DNA of 64,000 nt from an uncultured delta proteobacterium (GTDB lineage Bacteria; Desulfobacterota; Binatia; Binatales; Binataceae). Positions 1-7,213 of this stretch are shown here, in pieces; within the stretch, counting starts at the first letter, position 1, and every line of letters begins with the position of its first letter. The stretch spans positions 1,536,001 to 1,600,000 of the forward strand of contig CAVQEQ010000004.1 in assembly GCA_963711565.1 (NCBI GenBank). The letters are read 5' to 3'. The position numbers were made by a program, and so were the translations under genes. The notes below the pieces were generated by a model, which was not told where the DNA came from, did no database searches, and worked only from the letters and a program-made list of their open reading frames with translations.

Positions 1-64
1 AACTCCGTGCAGAAAACTGGCTGGCATGTATCACCTATAGTCAGTCGGATCGAGTTACTATTTG

Positions 65-892
65 TCAGGCCTGGTTAGTCGGCTCGCTCTGGCCCGCCGC
101 CGCGATAGCCATTTCGGCGTATGTATATGCGATCTGCACCGTCTCGCCGGCGGATATCGCGCCGCCGGGAATCGCCGTGATGATTCCGTCCGCGCGATCG
201 ACCGAGAAGTCCGTACCCTGAACCAGCAGCAGGCCGCCGGGAGCCGTGATGCTCACGGCAAACACGTTGCCATGGGGAAGCTGAACCTGCAGGTTCGAGT
301 TGAACGTGTATGCGGCCGCGCCAATTGTAACGGAAGTCTGCCCGCCTTCTTCGAGCGCGATGCCTTTGATGAACAGCGGGAAATCTTCCGCCGGCGAGGC
401 TTCGACGGCGACTGTGCTGAACGCGAAGGTTGACGAATACGTCCACACGCCGCCCTGCTTGTCGCGCTTTATGAATTTTTCCCGCAGCGGGTATATCTTG
501 CGGCAGCCGGGGATCAGATATCCCGTCAGCGCGGTGCGGATGCTCTCGATGATCGCGTACGCGCCGGGACTCGTCCCCGACGGATCTCCACCGACCGCCC
601 AGCCGAGGTCGCGCATCATGATCGAGACCTCGAACTCGAGCTTGCGTTCCTGAATTATCGCCGCGGTGTCGAGCAGGTCGCCGTACTGCGCGCCCTTGTA
701 CATTACCAGCGCCGCGCCGACGCGATGCGTCAGGCGCCAGGTCTCGGGACGATCGGGATAGTGCGCGATCTCGATCGAATTGATTTGCGATTGCAGTTGG
801 CTGACGATCGCGTCTTCGATTGTCGCGATGTCGATCGCGGTCGGCGGCGTGAAGGTCAGGCCATTCCAGGGCGCGTCAAGCATGACAGCCAT
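65..892 (-). CDS. Mu gp37-like tail completion/terminator protein with a C-terminal beta-rich extension
   Basis: N-terminal IEDAIVSQLQ..IEIAHYPDRPETWRLTHRVGAALVMYKG..QERKLEFEV pattern typical of the Gp37 family; directly follows the gp36-like gene. Confidence 0.75.
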   Translation of the reverse strand: MAVMLDAPWNGLTFTPPTAIDIATIEDAIVSQLQSQINSIEIAHYPDRPETWRLTHRVGAALVMYKGAQYGDLLDTAAIIQERKLEFEVSIMMRDLGWAVGGDPSGTSPGAYAIIESIRTALTGYLIPGCRKIYPLREKFIKRDKQGGVWTYSSTFAFSTVAVEASPAEDFPLFIKGIALEEGGQTSVTIGAAAYTFNSNLQVQLPHGNVFAVSITAPGGLLLVQGTDFSVDRADGIITAIPGGAISAGETVQIAYTYAEMAIAAAGQSEPTNQA

Positions 893-893
893 C

Positions 894-1328
894 TCAGTAG
901 CCCTTCAACTTTTTGCGGCTGAACACGCGATCCGGCCCCAGGACCTTCTCTTCCGTTTCCGCAATCGGCGGCTCCTGGTTGTCGGCCGACAGGCCGAGGG
1001 TGAGATCGCCGTCCGCGACTTTCGTCAGCATCGCGACTGCATCCTCGTAGCGTTTGCGCGCATCTTCGAGGTCGTGCAGAGGGCGCAGCGACTGCAGGCG
1101 GTACATCGCGATATCAGTAGTCAGACGGTTGAGGACGGCGGGCGGATCTGTCAGCGGCAGCGTGAAGCGTCCTTCGATGTATCCATCGATTTCGGCGGAG
1201 GCGTCGGCCAGGGCCTGCGTGATCGGTGTGTCATTAACCGTCGTCGCCGTGGGATCTTCATTAGTCAGTTGGACCAGATCCCGATTAGGGTATCGATTGA
1301 TCATGTCCTGCGCCGTCGCGTAACTCAC
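894..1328 (-). CDS. Mu gp36-like head-tail adaptor (DUF1320)
   Basis: YATAQDMINRY..LVQLT..ALADASAEIDGYIEGRFTLPL..DIAMYRL..RYEDAV; GTG start at 1328 preceded by GAGGT. Confidence 0.85.
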   Translation of the reverse strand: MSYATAQDMINRYPNRDLVQLTNEDPTATTVNDTPITQALADASAEIDGYIEGRFTLPLTDPPAVLNRLTTDIAMYRLQSLRPLHDLEDARKRYEDAVAMLTKVADGDLTLGLSADNQEPPIAETEEKVLGPDRVFSRKKLKGY

Positions 1329-1351
1329 TGGCCAAACCTCATCGCGTCCGA

Positions 1352-1415
1352 AGTGGCTATTATACTTTCGGGGCTCTCCGCGGGCGCTGGACACTCGATC
1401 TGCGCCCGCGGAGAG
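1352..1415 (-). promoter_or_regulatory. TATAAT -10 box (1364-1359) with a 14-bp perfect inverted repeat upstream (1374-1387/1402-1415); promoter and/or hairpin between capsid and gp36
   Basis: ctctccgcgggcgc-N14-gcgcccgcggagag; the minus strand reads aaagTATAATagcc. Confidence 0.35.
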
Positions 1416-1499
1416 TGGTCGCGCATTCCGGCGGCGCGGGCAGGAGGGGAACCCGCGGTACGCCGGCTCAGGGAAACTGGATTCATCGCCGGGTCGTCC

Positions 1500-2444
1500 T
1501 TACGCCAGGAACTCGCTGACGATAAGGTCCGCGCTGTTGCGCCAGATGTTCGAGGTCGCGACGTTCGCGCTTGCGCCGGTGCCGGCCATGAACTCGGAGT
1601 TCAGCAATTGACGCGCGACTTCTTCCAGCGTCGGCGGCACCAGCAGGTACACGCCGGTACGGCTCGACAACGCGCCAAACGGCTGTCCCGCATCGGTGGT
1701 GAACGATCTCATCGCGGCGCGCGCTGCGCCGTAGTTGGTTGGGTTGCTCAGATCGGTGTTGCTGGCGTACGCCAACTGCCAGAGGCCGACGCCGGTGTTG
1801 GCGCGGCCGTCCACGCCGTAGCGGAACTCGCGGCGGTTGAAGACGGCTTCGTCCGCGACATTAGTCATTCGGGTGACTGCGTATTCGCGGCGCAGCTGAA
1901 AAATGAATGGACGAATCACTCGCGACGCGTCGATCAGGAACCAGTACGCGCCCGAGCCGCTCGAGTTGATATTCGCCGTCGGCGTTCCGCTCTGGCCCAT
2001 CAGGCCGACCGGATGAGTCGCGGAGAAGAACGGCACGCCGTCGAAGCCGACAACGTCGCCGGGATTGGCCACCGCGTCCTTGATCATCGCGAACAGCAGC
2101 ATGTCCGGATGGACCTTGGTGTCCCATCCGAGCTGCTCGATGATCGGCTCGTAGGCGCCGTAGGTGTCGTCTTCGATGTCGTTTCGATCAATAGCCACTG
2201 TGTCTTCGAAGTTCCGATTGACTATTGTGTATTCGTGCGTTTCGAGCGCCTGGATTACTCTGTCGCCCAGCCATTCGCGGAACTTGGTAGTGCGGCCGAG
2301 CCACGGATAGGTAGTCTGGCGCGAGGCCGATCGGACCACGCTGGTGATCTGCTCGTAGTATGACGGCGGCTTCTCGAAGCCGCGCTGGAAGACGACGTCG
2401 AAGCCGGTGAACAATGAGGTCAGATTTGCTGCGCTGATTTCCAT
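1500..2444 (-). CDS. Mu-like major capsid protein (gpT/gp34)
   Basis: YPWLG..FREWLGDRV..NRNFEDTVAIDRNDIEDD..FDGVPFFSATHPV..RPFIFQLR..YGVDGRANTG.GLWQLAY..LLVPPTLE, all gpT-family motifs. Confidence 0.92.
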   Translation of the reverse strand: MEISAANLTSLFTGFDVVFQRGFEKPPSYYEQITSVVRSASRQTTYPWLGRTTKFREWLGDRVIQALETHEYTIVNRNFEDTVAIDRNDIEDDTYGAYEPIIEQLGWDTKVHPDMLLFAMIKDAVANPGDVVGFDGVPFFSATHPVGLMGQSGTPTANINSSGSGAYWFLIDASRVIRPFIFQLRREYAVTRMTNVADEAVFNRREFRYGVDGRANTGVGLWQLAYASNTDLSNPTNYGAARAAMRSFTTDAGQPFGALSSRTGVYLLVPPTLEEVARQLLNSEFMAGTGASANVATSNIWRNSADLIVSEFLA

Positions 2445-2485
2445 CTAGATGATCCTTCTTTTCGTTGTTCGCCTGAGCGTCATCG

Positions 2486-2968
2486 TCACGCCGATGCGGT
2501 CGCCTGGTGCCAGAAATCGACCCACACCTGGCCGCTCGGATCGATCGCGACGACAGTTCCGGCCGCCGCGTATTGCTGCACGCTGGCGCCGCTGGCGCGG
2601 TCGGTGGCGGTGACGTTGTTGTCGTCGAGCGCAAAGCAGACGAGGCCGACCTGCGCGACGCCGACCGAGCCGTCGGTCGCGTAGAGGAACACGCCCTTGC
2701 GCGCCGCGATCGAGATTGCGCCGGCGACGCCGGGATTGTTGATCGCGTTCTGGCCAGGGATTCCGTTGCTGACGTATTCCGCGCGGCCGATGACCTTGAG
2801 CGCGTTGGCGACGGTCGTGGTTGCCGAGGCGGGCACGGCGTTGCCGGCCGCGTTCAGCGCGACGATTCCGCCGAGGTAAACATTGGTGTTCGCTTCGACC
2901 GGATACACGCGCATCCTGCCGCCATCGGCCATCTCGGGCGTGTTTCGCGCATTGGTTAGAGCCGCCAT
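2486..2968 (-). CDS. Putative capsid decoration/cement protein
   Basis: Position between protease and capsid; YPVEANT.VY.GGIVALNAAG.AVP..RKGVF..D..VT..AG.VV..D..VWV pattern seen in Mu-like head genes. Confidence 0.6.
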   Translation of the reverse strand: MAALTNARNTPEMADGGRMRVYPVEANTNVYLGGIVALNAAGNAVPASATTTVANALKVIGRAEYVSNGIPGQNAINNPGVAGAISIAARKGVFLYATDGSVGVAQVGLVCFALDDNNVTATDRASGASVQQYAAAGTVVAIDPSGQVWVDFWHQATASA

Positions 2969-3023
2969 CTTTTCACCCTTGTTGATGCGCGCCCGCGAGC
3001 TTCACAGCCGCGCGCGGCGCGAG

Positions 3024-4163
3024 TTAGTCCTGGTTATTTCGAATATCGTTGTTGCGGATTTCCGCGTTGCGGAGTTCGGCGTCGGTGCGCTCGAGGCTCA
3101 GGAAGTCAGCGCGTCCGCGCTTGCGGCGGATAAACTCGGAATGCTTGAGGCCGAGCTGCGCGCAGATTGCCAGCTCGGCCGCGTTAAGCGCGCCGCCGCG
3201 GCGGTCGGCATTCGGCTGGCCCCCGAGGCCCAAATTGTCGCCGACGATCGACGGCTGTTTGGCGACGAACGCATTGAAGCCGCGCGCGTCGGCGGCGCAA
3301 TACGCGATCGCCCATTCGCGCTGCGCGGGCACGAGCTTGCCGGCGCGAATCGCGTCTTCCACCGCATGCGCGGCGCGCTCGCGCGCGCGTTCGGCCTTAA
3401 GCGCGTTGAGTTCGGTGAGGGTCCGCTCGAACTCGGCGATCGCTACGTAATGGGCCGGATCGTGCGCATGGACGCCGATTTCCGCCGAAATCGCATCACT
3501 GGCACTTCGCAGCTCGCGCACTTTTGCGACAACGTCGGCAACCGTCGCGTCGCCATCCAGGCCGAGCAGTTCGCGCAATTCTTGAGTTGGAAATTCCATG
3601 CGTTCGTCCTTCGTCTCGGCGGCCGTGGTGCGCGCCGCCGCAATCGCGGTCAGGTGAAGATTTGGATTGTTGGTGAGGCCGGCCCGGAGCAGGCGGGTCA
3701 CGCTGCCGTCTTTCGGATCGAACTGGAACACGGGCGAGACGTAGCGGTACTCGCGCGCGACAATCGAACTCGCGGCGCGCGCGGTCCATTCGACTCGGCC
3801 CCATACTGCGCCGCCGCGCACTTCGAGCTCGCGAATCCATCCGGCGGCGGGCGCGGGACGTCCTGCGGGCGCGCCGAAGTCGGTGGCGTGGTCGTAGTCG
3901 ATCGGGATGCCCGCCGCCATCTGCATCGCGGTCGTGGACGCGATCACCGCGACGGGATCGTCGAGGCGAAAGGGTCCGCGTCCGTCGCGGCCGTAGAACA
4001 CGCCGGCCGGCAGCAGCTCGATCCATTCGGGGGCCGAGGCAGCCGCATCGGCCGGCGACGGTGCGGAGGCGGGCGCACCGGCGGTATCGATCACGAACGA
4101 AGGAATCAGTTTGCCCGCCCGCGTGTCGCTTTCACCGCCGGTGCGTGTAGTGAGGTGTTCCAT
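3024..4163 (-). CDS. Mu gpI-like prohead protease with C-terminal scaffold region
   Basis: WIELLPAG..GRDGRGP, PIDYDH (His), PAAGWI, WGRVEWT, EYRYVSPVF (Ser), LTNNPNL; coiled-coil C-terminus VEDAIRAGKLVPAQREWA. Confidence 0.9.
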   Translation of the reverse strand: MEHLTTRTGGESDTRAGKLIPSFVIDTAGAPASAPSPADAAASAPEWIELLPAGVFYGRDGRGPFRLDDPVAVIASTTAMQMAAGIPIDYDHATDFGAPAGRPAPAAGWIRELEVRGGAVWGRVEWTARAASSIVAREYRYVSPVFQFDPKDGSVTRLLRAGLTNNPNLHLTAIAAARTTAAETKDERMEFPTQELRELLGLDGDATVADVVAKVRELRSASDAISAEIGVHAHDPAHYVAIAEFERTLTELNALKAERARERAAHAVEDAIRAGKLVPAQREWAIAYCAADARGFNAFVAKQPSIVGDNLGLGGQPNADRRGGALNAAELAICAQLGLKHSEFIRRKRGRADFLSLERTDAELRNAEIRNNDIRNNQD

Positions 4164-4164
4164 C

Positions 4165-4228
4165 GAGGCGCATTGTGCATCGGGAAAAGGAGATGCATAA
4201 GGCTGAACAGTTCATCCCTGAACTTTTG
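4165..4228 (-). promoter_or_regulatory. Candidate Mor/C-activated late promoter of the head operon
   Basis: Perfect dyad TGAAC-A-GTTCA (4204-4214) centred about -44 from a start inferred from CACAAT (4177-4172); second TGAAC half-site at 4219. Confidence 0.45.
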
Positions 4229-4270
4229 TGGCTACAGCGAAGATTATCGCCGCTAATGGGAGGGGATTCG

Positions 4271-4355
4271 GAGACAAACCGCCTGCGGGGCGGGAAGATG
4301 CGGGGCTCCTCGCCCCGCGCCCTCGGCAGGGGTGACCCCTGCACCCAGTGTAAAG
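4271..4355 (+). repeat. Dispersed double-hairpin repeat family A, copy 1
   Basis: gcggggctcctcgccccgc-gccctcg-gcaggggtgacccctgc-acccagtg; the same core recurs six more times in the window. Confidence 0.85.
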
Positions 4356-4404
4356 AAATCGCAAAATGGCGAGGACGCCGTTTTGCTCTCAGGTTCTTTT
4401 CCTG

Positions 4405-4432
4405 TGTCATTCAGAGCGAAGCGAAGAATCCG
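4405..4432 (+). repeat. REP-like gtcattcagagcgaagcgaagaatcc element (possible degenerate partner near 4663-4685)
   Basis: Matches the widespread GTCAT-CTGAGCGAAGCGAAGAATC type of short palindromic repeat; recognised from memory, one clear copy here. Confidence 0.45.
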
Positions 4433-4455
4433 GGCTCTTACCTCTCCCCTCGTTG

Positions 4456-4635
4456 GAGACCTTTGCATGACTGCGGGCCGCGCATCTTCCCGTCTCCCAG
4501 AATGGGAGAGGATCGAAGAGCCTGCCCTGAGCCTGCCGAAGGGTGAGGGTCCTTATACAGCGCGCGTTTTTTCGCGCGCGATTCAAGATTCTGGTTCCTG
4601 CCTGAATGTCTCCACCGAGGTCAGGAAAAGATCTC
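4456..4635. mobile_element. MITE with IS5-type terminal inverted repeats (180 bp)
   Basis: Left end gagacctttgcatgact, right end ggtcaggaaaagatctc; resembles the TIRs of the IS at 5820-7018; interior shared with 5773-5819/7019-7130 and 25550-25652. Confidence 0.7.
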
Positions 4636-4717
4636 CGGGGGGAGAGGTATAGCAGTTCCATTCCAGGGTTTTGCGCCGGATGACAGAACGAGGGGCGCGC
4701 GGTACAAGTCGCTCACC

Positions 4718-5524
4718 ATGAAGTCCAATGTGCCGGTGATCGAAGTCAGTGCGCTCCGGGTTGAGCGCGAAGCGGTTATCCTCGAGGCGATCGATTGGCG
4801 GGTCGGGCGCGGGGAGCATTGGGCGATTCTTGGGGCCAATGGATCGGGCAAGACTTCGCTGCTGCGGGCGCTCACCGGATATCTGCCGCCGACATCCGGC
4901 GCGATTCGCGTGCTGGGGGAGACTTACGGGCGGTTTGACTGGCGCGAGCTGAGGACGCGGATCGGGCTGGTCAGTTCCAGCGTGCATCAGATGATGGAAG
5001 ACGGGGAGACGGCTCTGAAAGCCGTCGTCAGCGGTCGCTTCGCGCAGATTGGCTACTGGGGCGAGATGCGCGACGAGGACCGGCGCGCTGCCGATGCGAT
5101 ACTGCGGCGAATCGAGGCGCGCGATCTGCGCGAGCGCCCGTGGCGATTTCTCTCGCAGGGCGAGCGTCAGCGCGTGCTGATCGGGCGCGCGCTGATGGCG
5201 TCGCCGCGGCTGCTGATCCTCGACGAGCCGTGCGCCGGACTCGACCCGGTCGCGCGCGAGCATTTTCTGCAATTTATTCAGCGCCTCGCCGGCGCGCGCG
5301 GTGCGCCGACGATGATCCTGGTCACCCATCACGTCGAGGAGATCGTGCCGATTTTTTCGCACGTGCTGGTGCTCAAGGCGGGACGCGTGATTGCGGCAGG
5401 ACCGCGCGCGCAAGTGCTCACGTCGAAGATACTGTCGAGTGCGTTCGCGGCGCCGGTGCGGCTTAGCCGCGCGCGCGGGAGATACTCACTCGCGGTACGG
5501 GCGCATCGCGGGATCGTGATTTGA
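4718..5524 (+). CDS. ABC transporter ATP-binding protein (ModF/YlmA-like)
   Basis: Walker A GANGSGKT, signature LSQGE, Walker B LLILDEP, H-loop VTHH. Confidence 0.9.
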   Translation: MKSNVPVIEVSALRVEREAVILEAIDWRVGRGEHWAILGANGSGKTSLLRALTGYLPPTSGAIRVLGETYGRFDWRELRTRIGLVSSSVHQMMEDGETALKAVVSGRFAQIGYWGEMRDEDRRAADAILRRIEARDLRERPWRFLSQGERQRVLIGRALMASPRLLILDEPCAGLDPVAREHFLQFIQRLAGARGAPTMILVTHHVEEIVPIFSHVLVLKAGRVIAAGPRAQVLTSKILSSAFAAPVRLSRARGRYSLAVRAHRGIVI

Positions 5525-5552
5525 AGGTTGCGATCGCGCGAAGGTTCCCAGC

Positions 5553-5661
5553 AACCTAACCCCTAACCCCTTCCCGCGCGGGAAGGGGAACTAGAAGAAA
5601 CCTCGAAGCGCGCCTCTGTCCTATCCCCCTGGCCCCCTTTCCGGGGCGGAAAGGGGGGACC
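5553..5661 (+). repeat. Palindromic repeat family B, two copies
   Basis: aacctaacccctaaccccttcccgcgcgggaaggggaac and the variant ccccctggccccctttccggggcggaaaggggg. Confidence 0.8.
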
Positions 5662-5819
5662 AGCATTGGCGGTCCGGGCGCATCGCGGGCTTGTGATTTG
5701 AAGTAACTCTGCTCGATGCCGCCCTCACCGCGCGCGGCGACACCAAGTGTCGCCGCCCTGCCTCTCCCGCAGCAAACCTTTGCATAACTGCGCCGCGCAT
5801 CTTCCCCTCTCCCATTCTG

Positions 5820-7018
5820 GAAACCTTTGCATAACTCGTGCGTCTTTGATCAAATTGATGCAACGGATGCGGCGGAGGAAGGGAAGATGAGTCATCGGAA
5901 GATGGGGCAGTTGAGTTTGGCGGAGAGCATAATCGCGCGGCGCAAGCCCAAGCACTGGCTGCAGGAGGTGTACGAACTGGTGGATTGGGAGCGGCTGGCG
6001 GCGCCCCTGGCGGAGTTGTACGCCGCGCGCGAGGGACGGCCGTCGTATCCGCCGATCGTAATGTTGCGCGCGCTGCTGTTGCAGCAGTGGCATCGGCTGT
6101 CGGACCCGGAGCTGGAAGCGGCGCTGGAGGACCGGATAAGTTTTCGCCAGTTCGCGGGGCTGGCGCTCGATCAGCAGGTACCCGACCATTCGACCATCAG
6201 CCGGTTTCGCGCGCAGTTGGCCGCCCGAGGTTTGGATCAGGCATTGTTCGACGAAATCAGCGCGCAGCTCGAACGTCAGCAGTTGGTGATCAAGCGTGGC
6301 ACCCTGATCGACGCTTCGTTGGTGCGCGCGGCGATCAAGGAGCCGGGCACGGGTGAGCGCGGAGAGCATCTCGGCCAAGGCTCGCGGCTGGACCCTGACG
6401 CGCAATGGACCCGGCGCCAGGGCCAGGGCTCGCACTTCGGTTACAAGGCGCACGTGGCGGTGGACCTCGGCAGCGGTCTCATCCGCAGAGCGCTGTTGAC
6501 CGGGGCCAGGACCAATGACAGTGAGCCGGCCGATCAGCTGATCTGCGGGGACGAGAGTGCGGTGTTCGCCGACAAGGCTTACGACAGCGGACCGCGGCGC
6601 GAACTGTTGCGGCGGTTGGCGATTGCCGACGGCATCATGCGGCGGGCCTGGTGGGGCACCGCGCGCAATCCGGACCCGCAATTGACCGCGCGCAATCAGG
6701 CGCTGGCCCGGGTCCGCTTTCAGGTGGAGCGCGCCTTTGCGGTGATGAAGCTGCATTATCATTACCGGCGAGTGCGCTATCGCGGGCTGCTGCGCAACCG
6801 GGTGCAACTGCTCACCGTGTGCATCGCGATCAACCTCAAACGGGCGCTGGTCCTGAGCACGGCCTGAAGCCATGCGGGTACTGCACCTAACCTTCATCGA
6901 TCACACCCGCCACCAAGTTTTGGCGGACCGCAGATCCACCGCTCCAATCGCTCGCCTCAGTCGAGCCGTCCATGCCACTCTCGTCCCAGCAAAACCACCC
7001 CAGTTACGCAAAGGTCTC
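5820..7018 (+). mobile_element. IS5-family insertion sequence (IS1106-like ends), 1199 bp
   Basis: TIRs gaaacctttgcataact / agttacgcaaaggtctc (15/17 match) bracketing the transposase. Confidence 0.88.
5887..6867 (+). CDS. IS5-family DDE transposase
   Basis: GRPSYP..MLRALLLQQW..LSDP..PDHSTISRFR; DAS, ADKAY and R..VER.F catalytic motifs; FGYKAHVAVD. Confidence 0.93.
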   Translation: MSHRKMGQLSLAESIIARRKPKHWLQEVYELVDWERLAAPLAELYAAREGRPSYPPIVMLRALLLQQWHRLSDPELEAALEDRISFRQFAGLALDQQVPDHSTISRFRAQLAARGLDQALFDEISAQLERQQLVIKRGTLIDASLVRAAIKEPGTGERGEHLGQGSRLDPDAQWTRRQGQGSHFGYKAHVAVDLGSGLIRRALLTGARTNDSEPADQLICGDESAVFADKAYDSGPRRELLRRLAIADGIMRRAWWGTARNPDPQLTARNQALARVRFQVERAFAVMKLHYHYRRVRYRGLLRNRVQLLTVCIAINLKRALVLSTA

Positions 7019-7143
7019 CAGGATGGGAGAGGATCGAAGGTGAGGGTCCATATACAGCGCGCTCTTTGGCGCGCGATTCAAGATTCTGCTTTCTGCCTGA
7101 GTGTCTCCACCGAGGTTATACAAAGTTCTCCGAAGGGAGAGGT

Positions 7144-7179
7144 AAAAGAGAAGCGGCGAGCCAGAAGGCTCGCCGCTTT
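7144..7179 (-). terminator. Intrinsic terminator (possibly bidirectional) downstream of the SBBP-repeat gene
   Basis: aagcggcgagcc-agaa-ggctcgccgctt hairpin followed on the minus strand by ctctttt. Confidence 0.7.
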
Positions 7180-7213
7180 CGTTGCGGGCGTTATCGGTTG
7201 CGATCTTGGCCGC

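Larger units (their letters stand above)
5773..7130. mobile_element. Second MITE copy, interrupted by a full IS5-family element
   Basis: Ends caaacctttgcataact and ggttatacaaagttctc; removing 5820-7018 leaves about 159 bp colinear with 4456-4635. Confidence 0.7.

Noticed and set aside
780-4256. Long plus-strand ORFs (780-2363, 2883-4256) and similar long antisense ORFs throughout
   Set aside because: High-GC shadows of well-supported genes on the opposite strand, with no motifs
4291-4350. HDV-like ribozyme suggested by ctcctcgc followed by a GGGG/CCCC stem
   Set aside because: No P1/P2 pseudoknot pairing found, and other copies replace this loop with unrelated simple hairpins
4132-4661. Several short ORFs in the ORF track
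   Set aside because: They are translations of stacked repeats and the MITE
4718-5524. This ATPase as partner of the MacB-type permeases at 37946-40280
   Set aside because: ModF/YlmA-like rather than MacB/LolD-like, and 32 kb away
5553-5591. Telomere-like (CCCCTAA)n tracts
   Set aside because: Only two units, and always the leader of the family B hairpin
5820-7018. IS5 transposase as the replication transposase of the Mu-like cluster
   Set aside because: Different family from MuA, has its own TIRs, and no MuB ATPase is present
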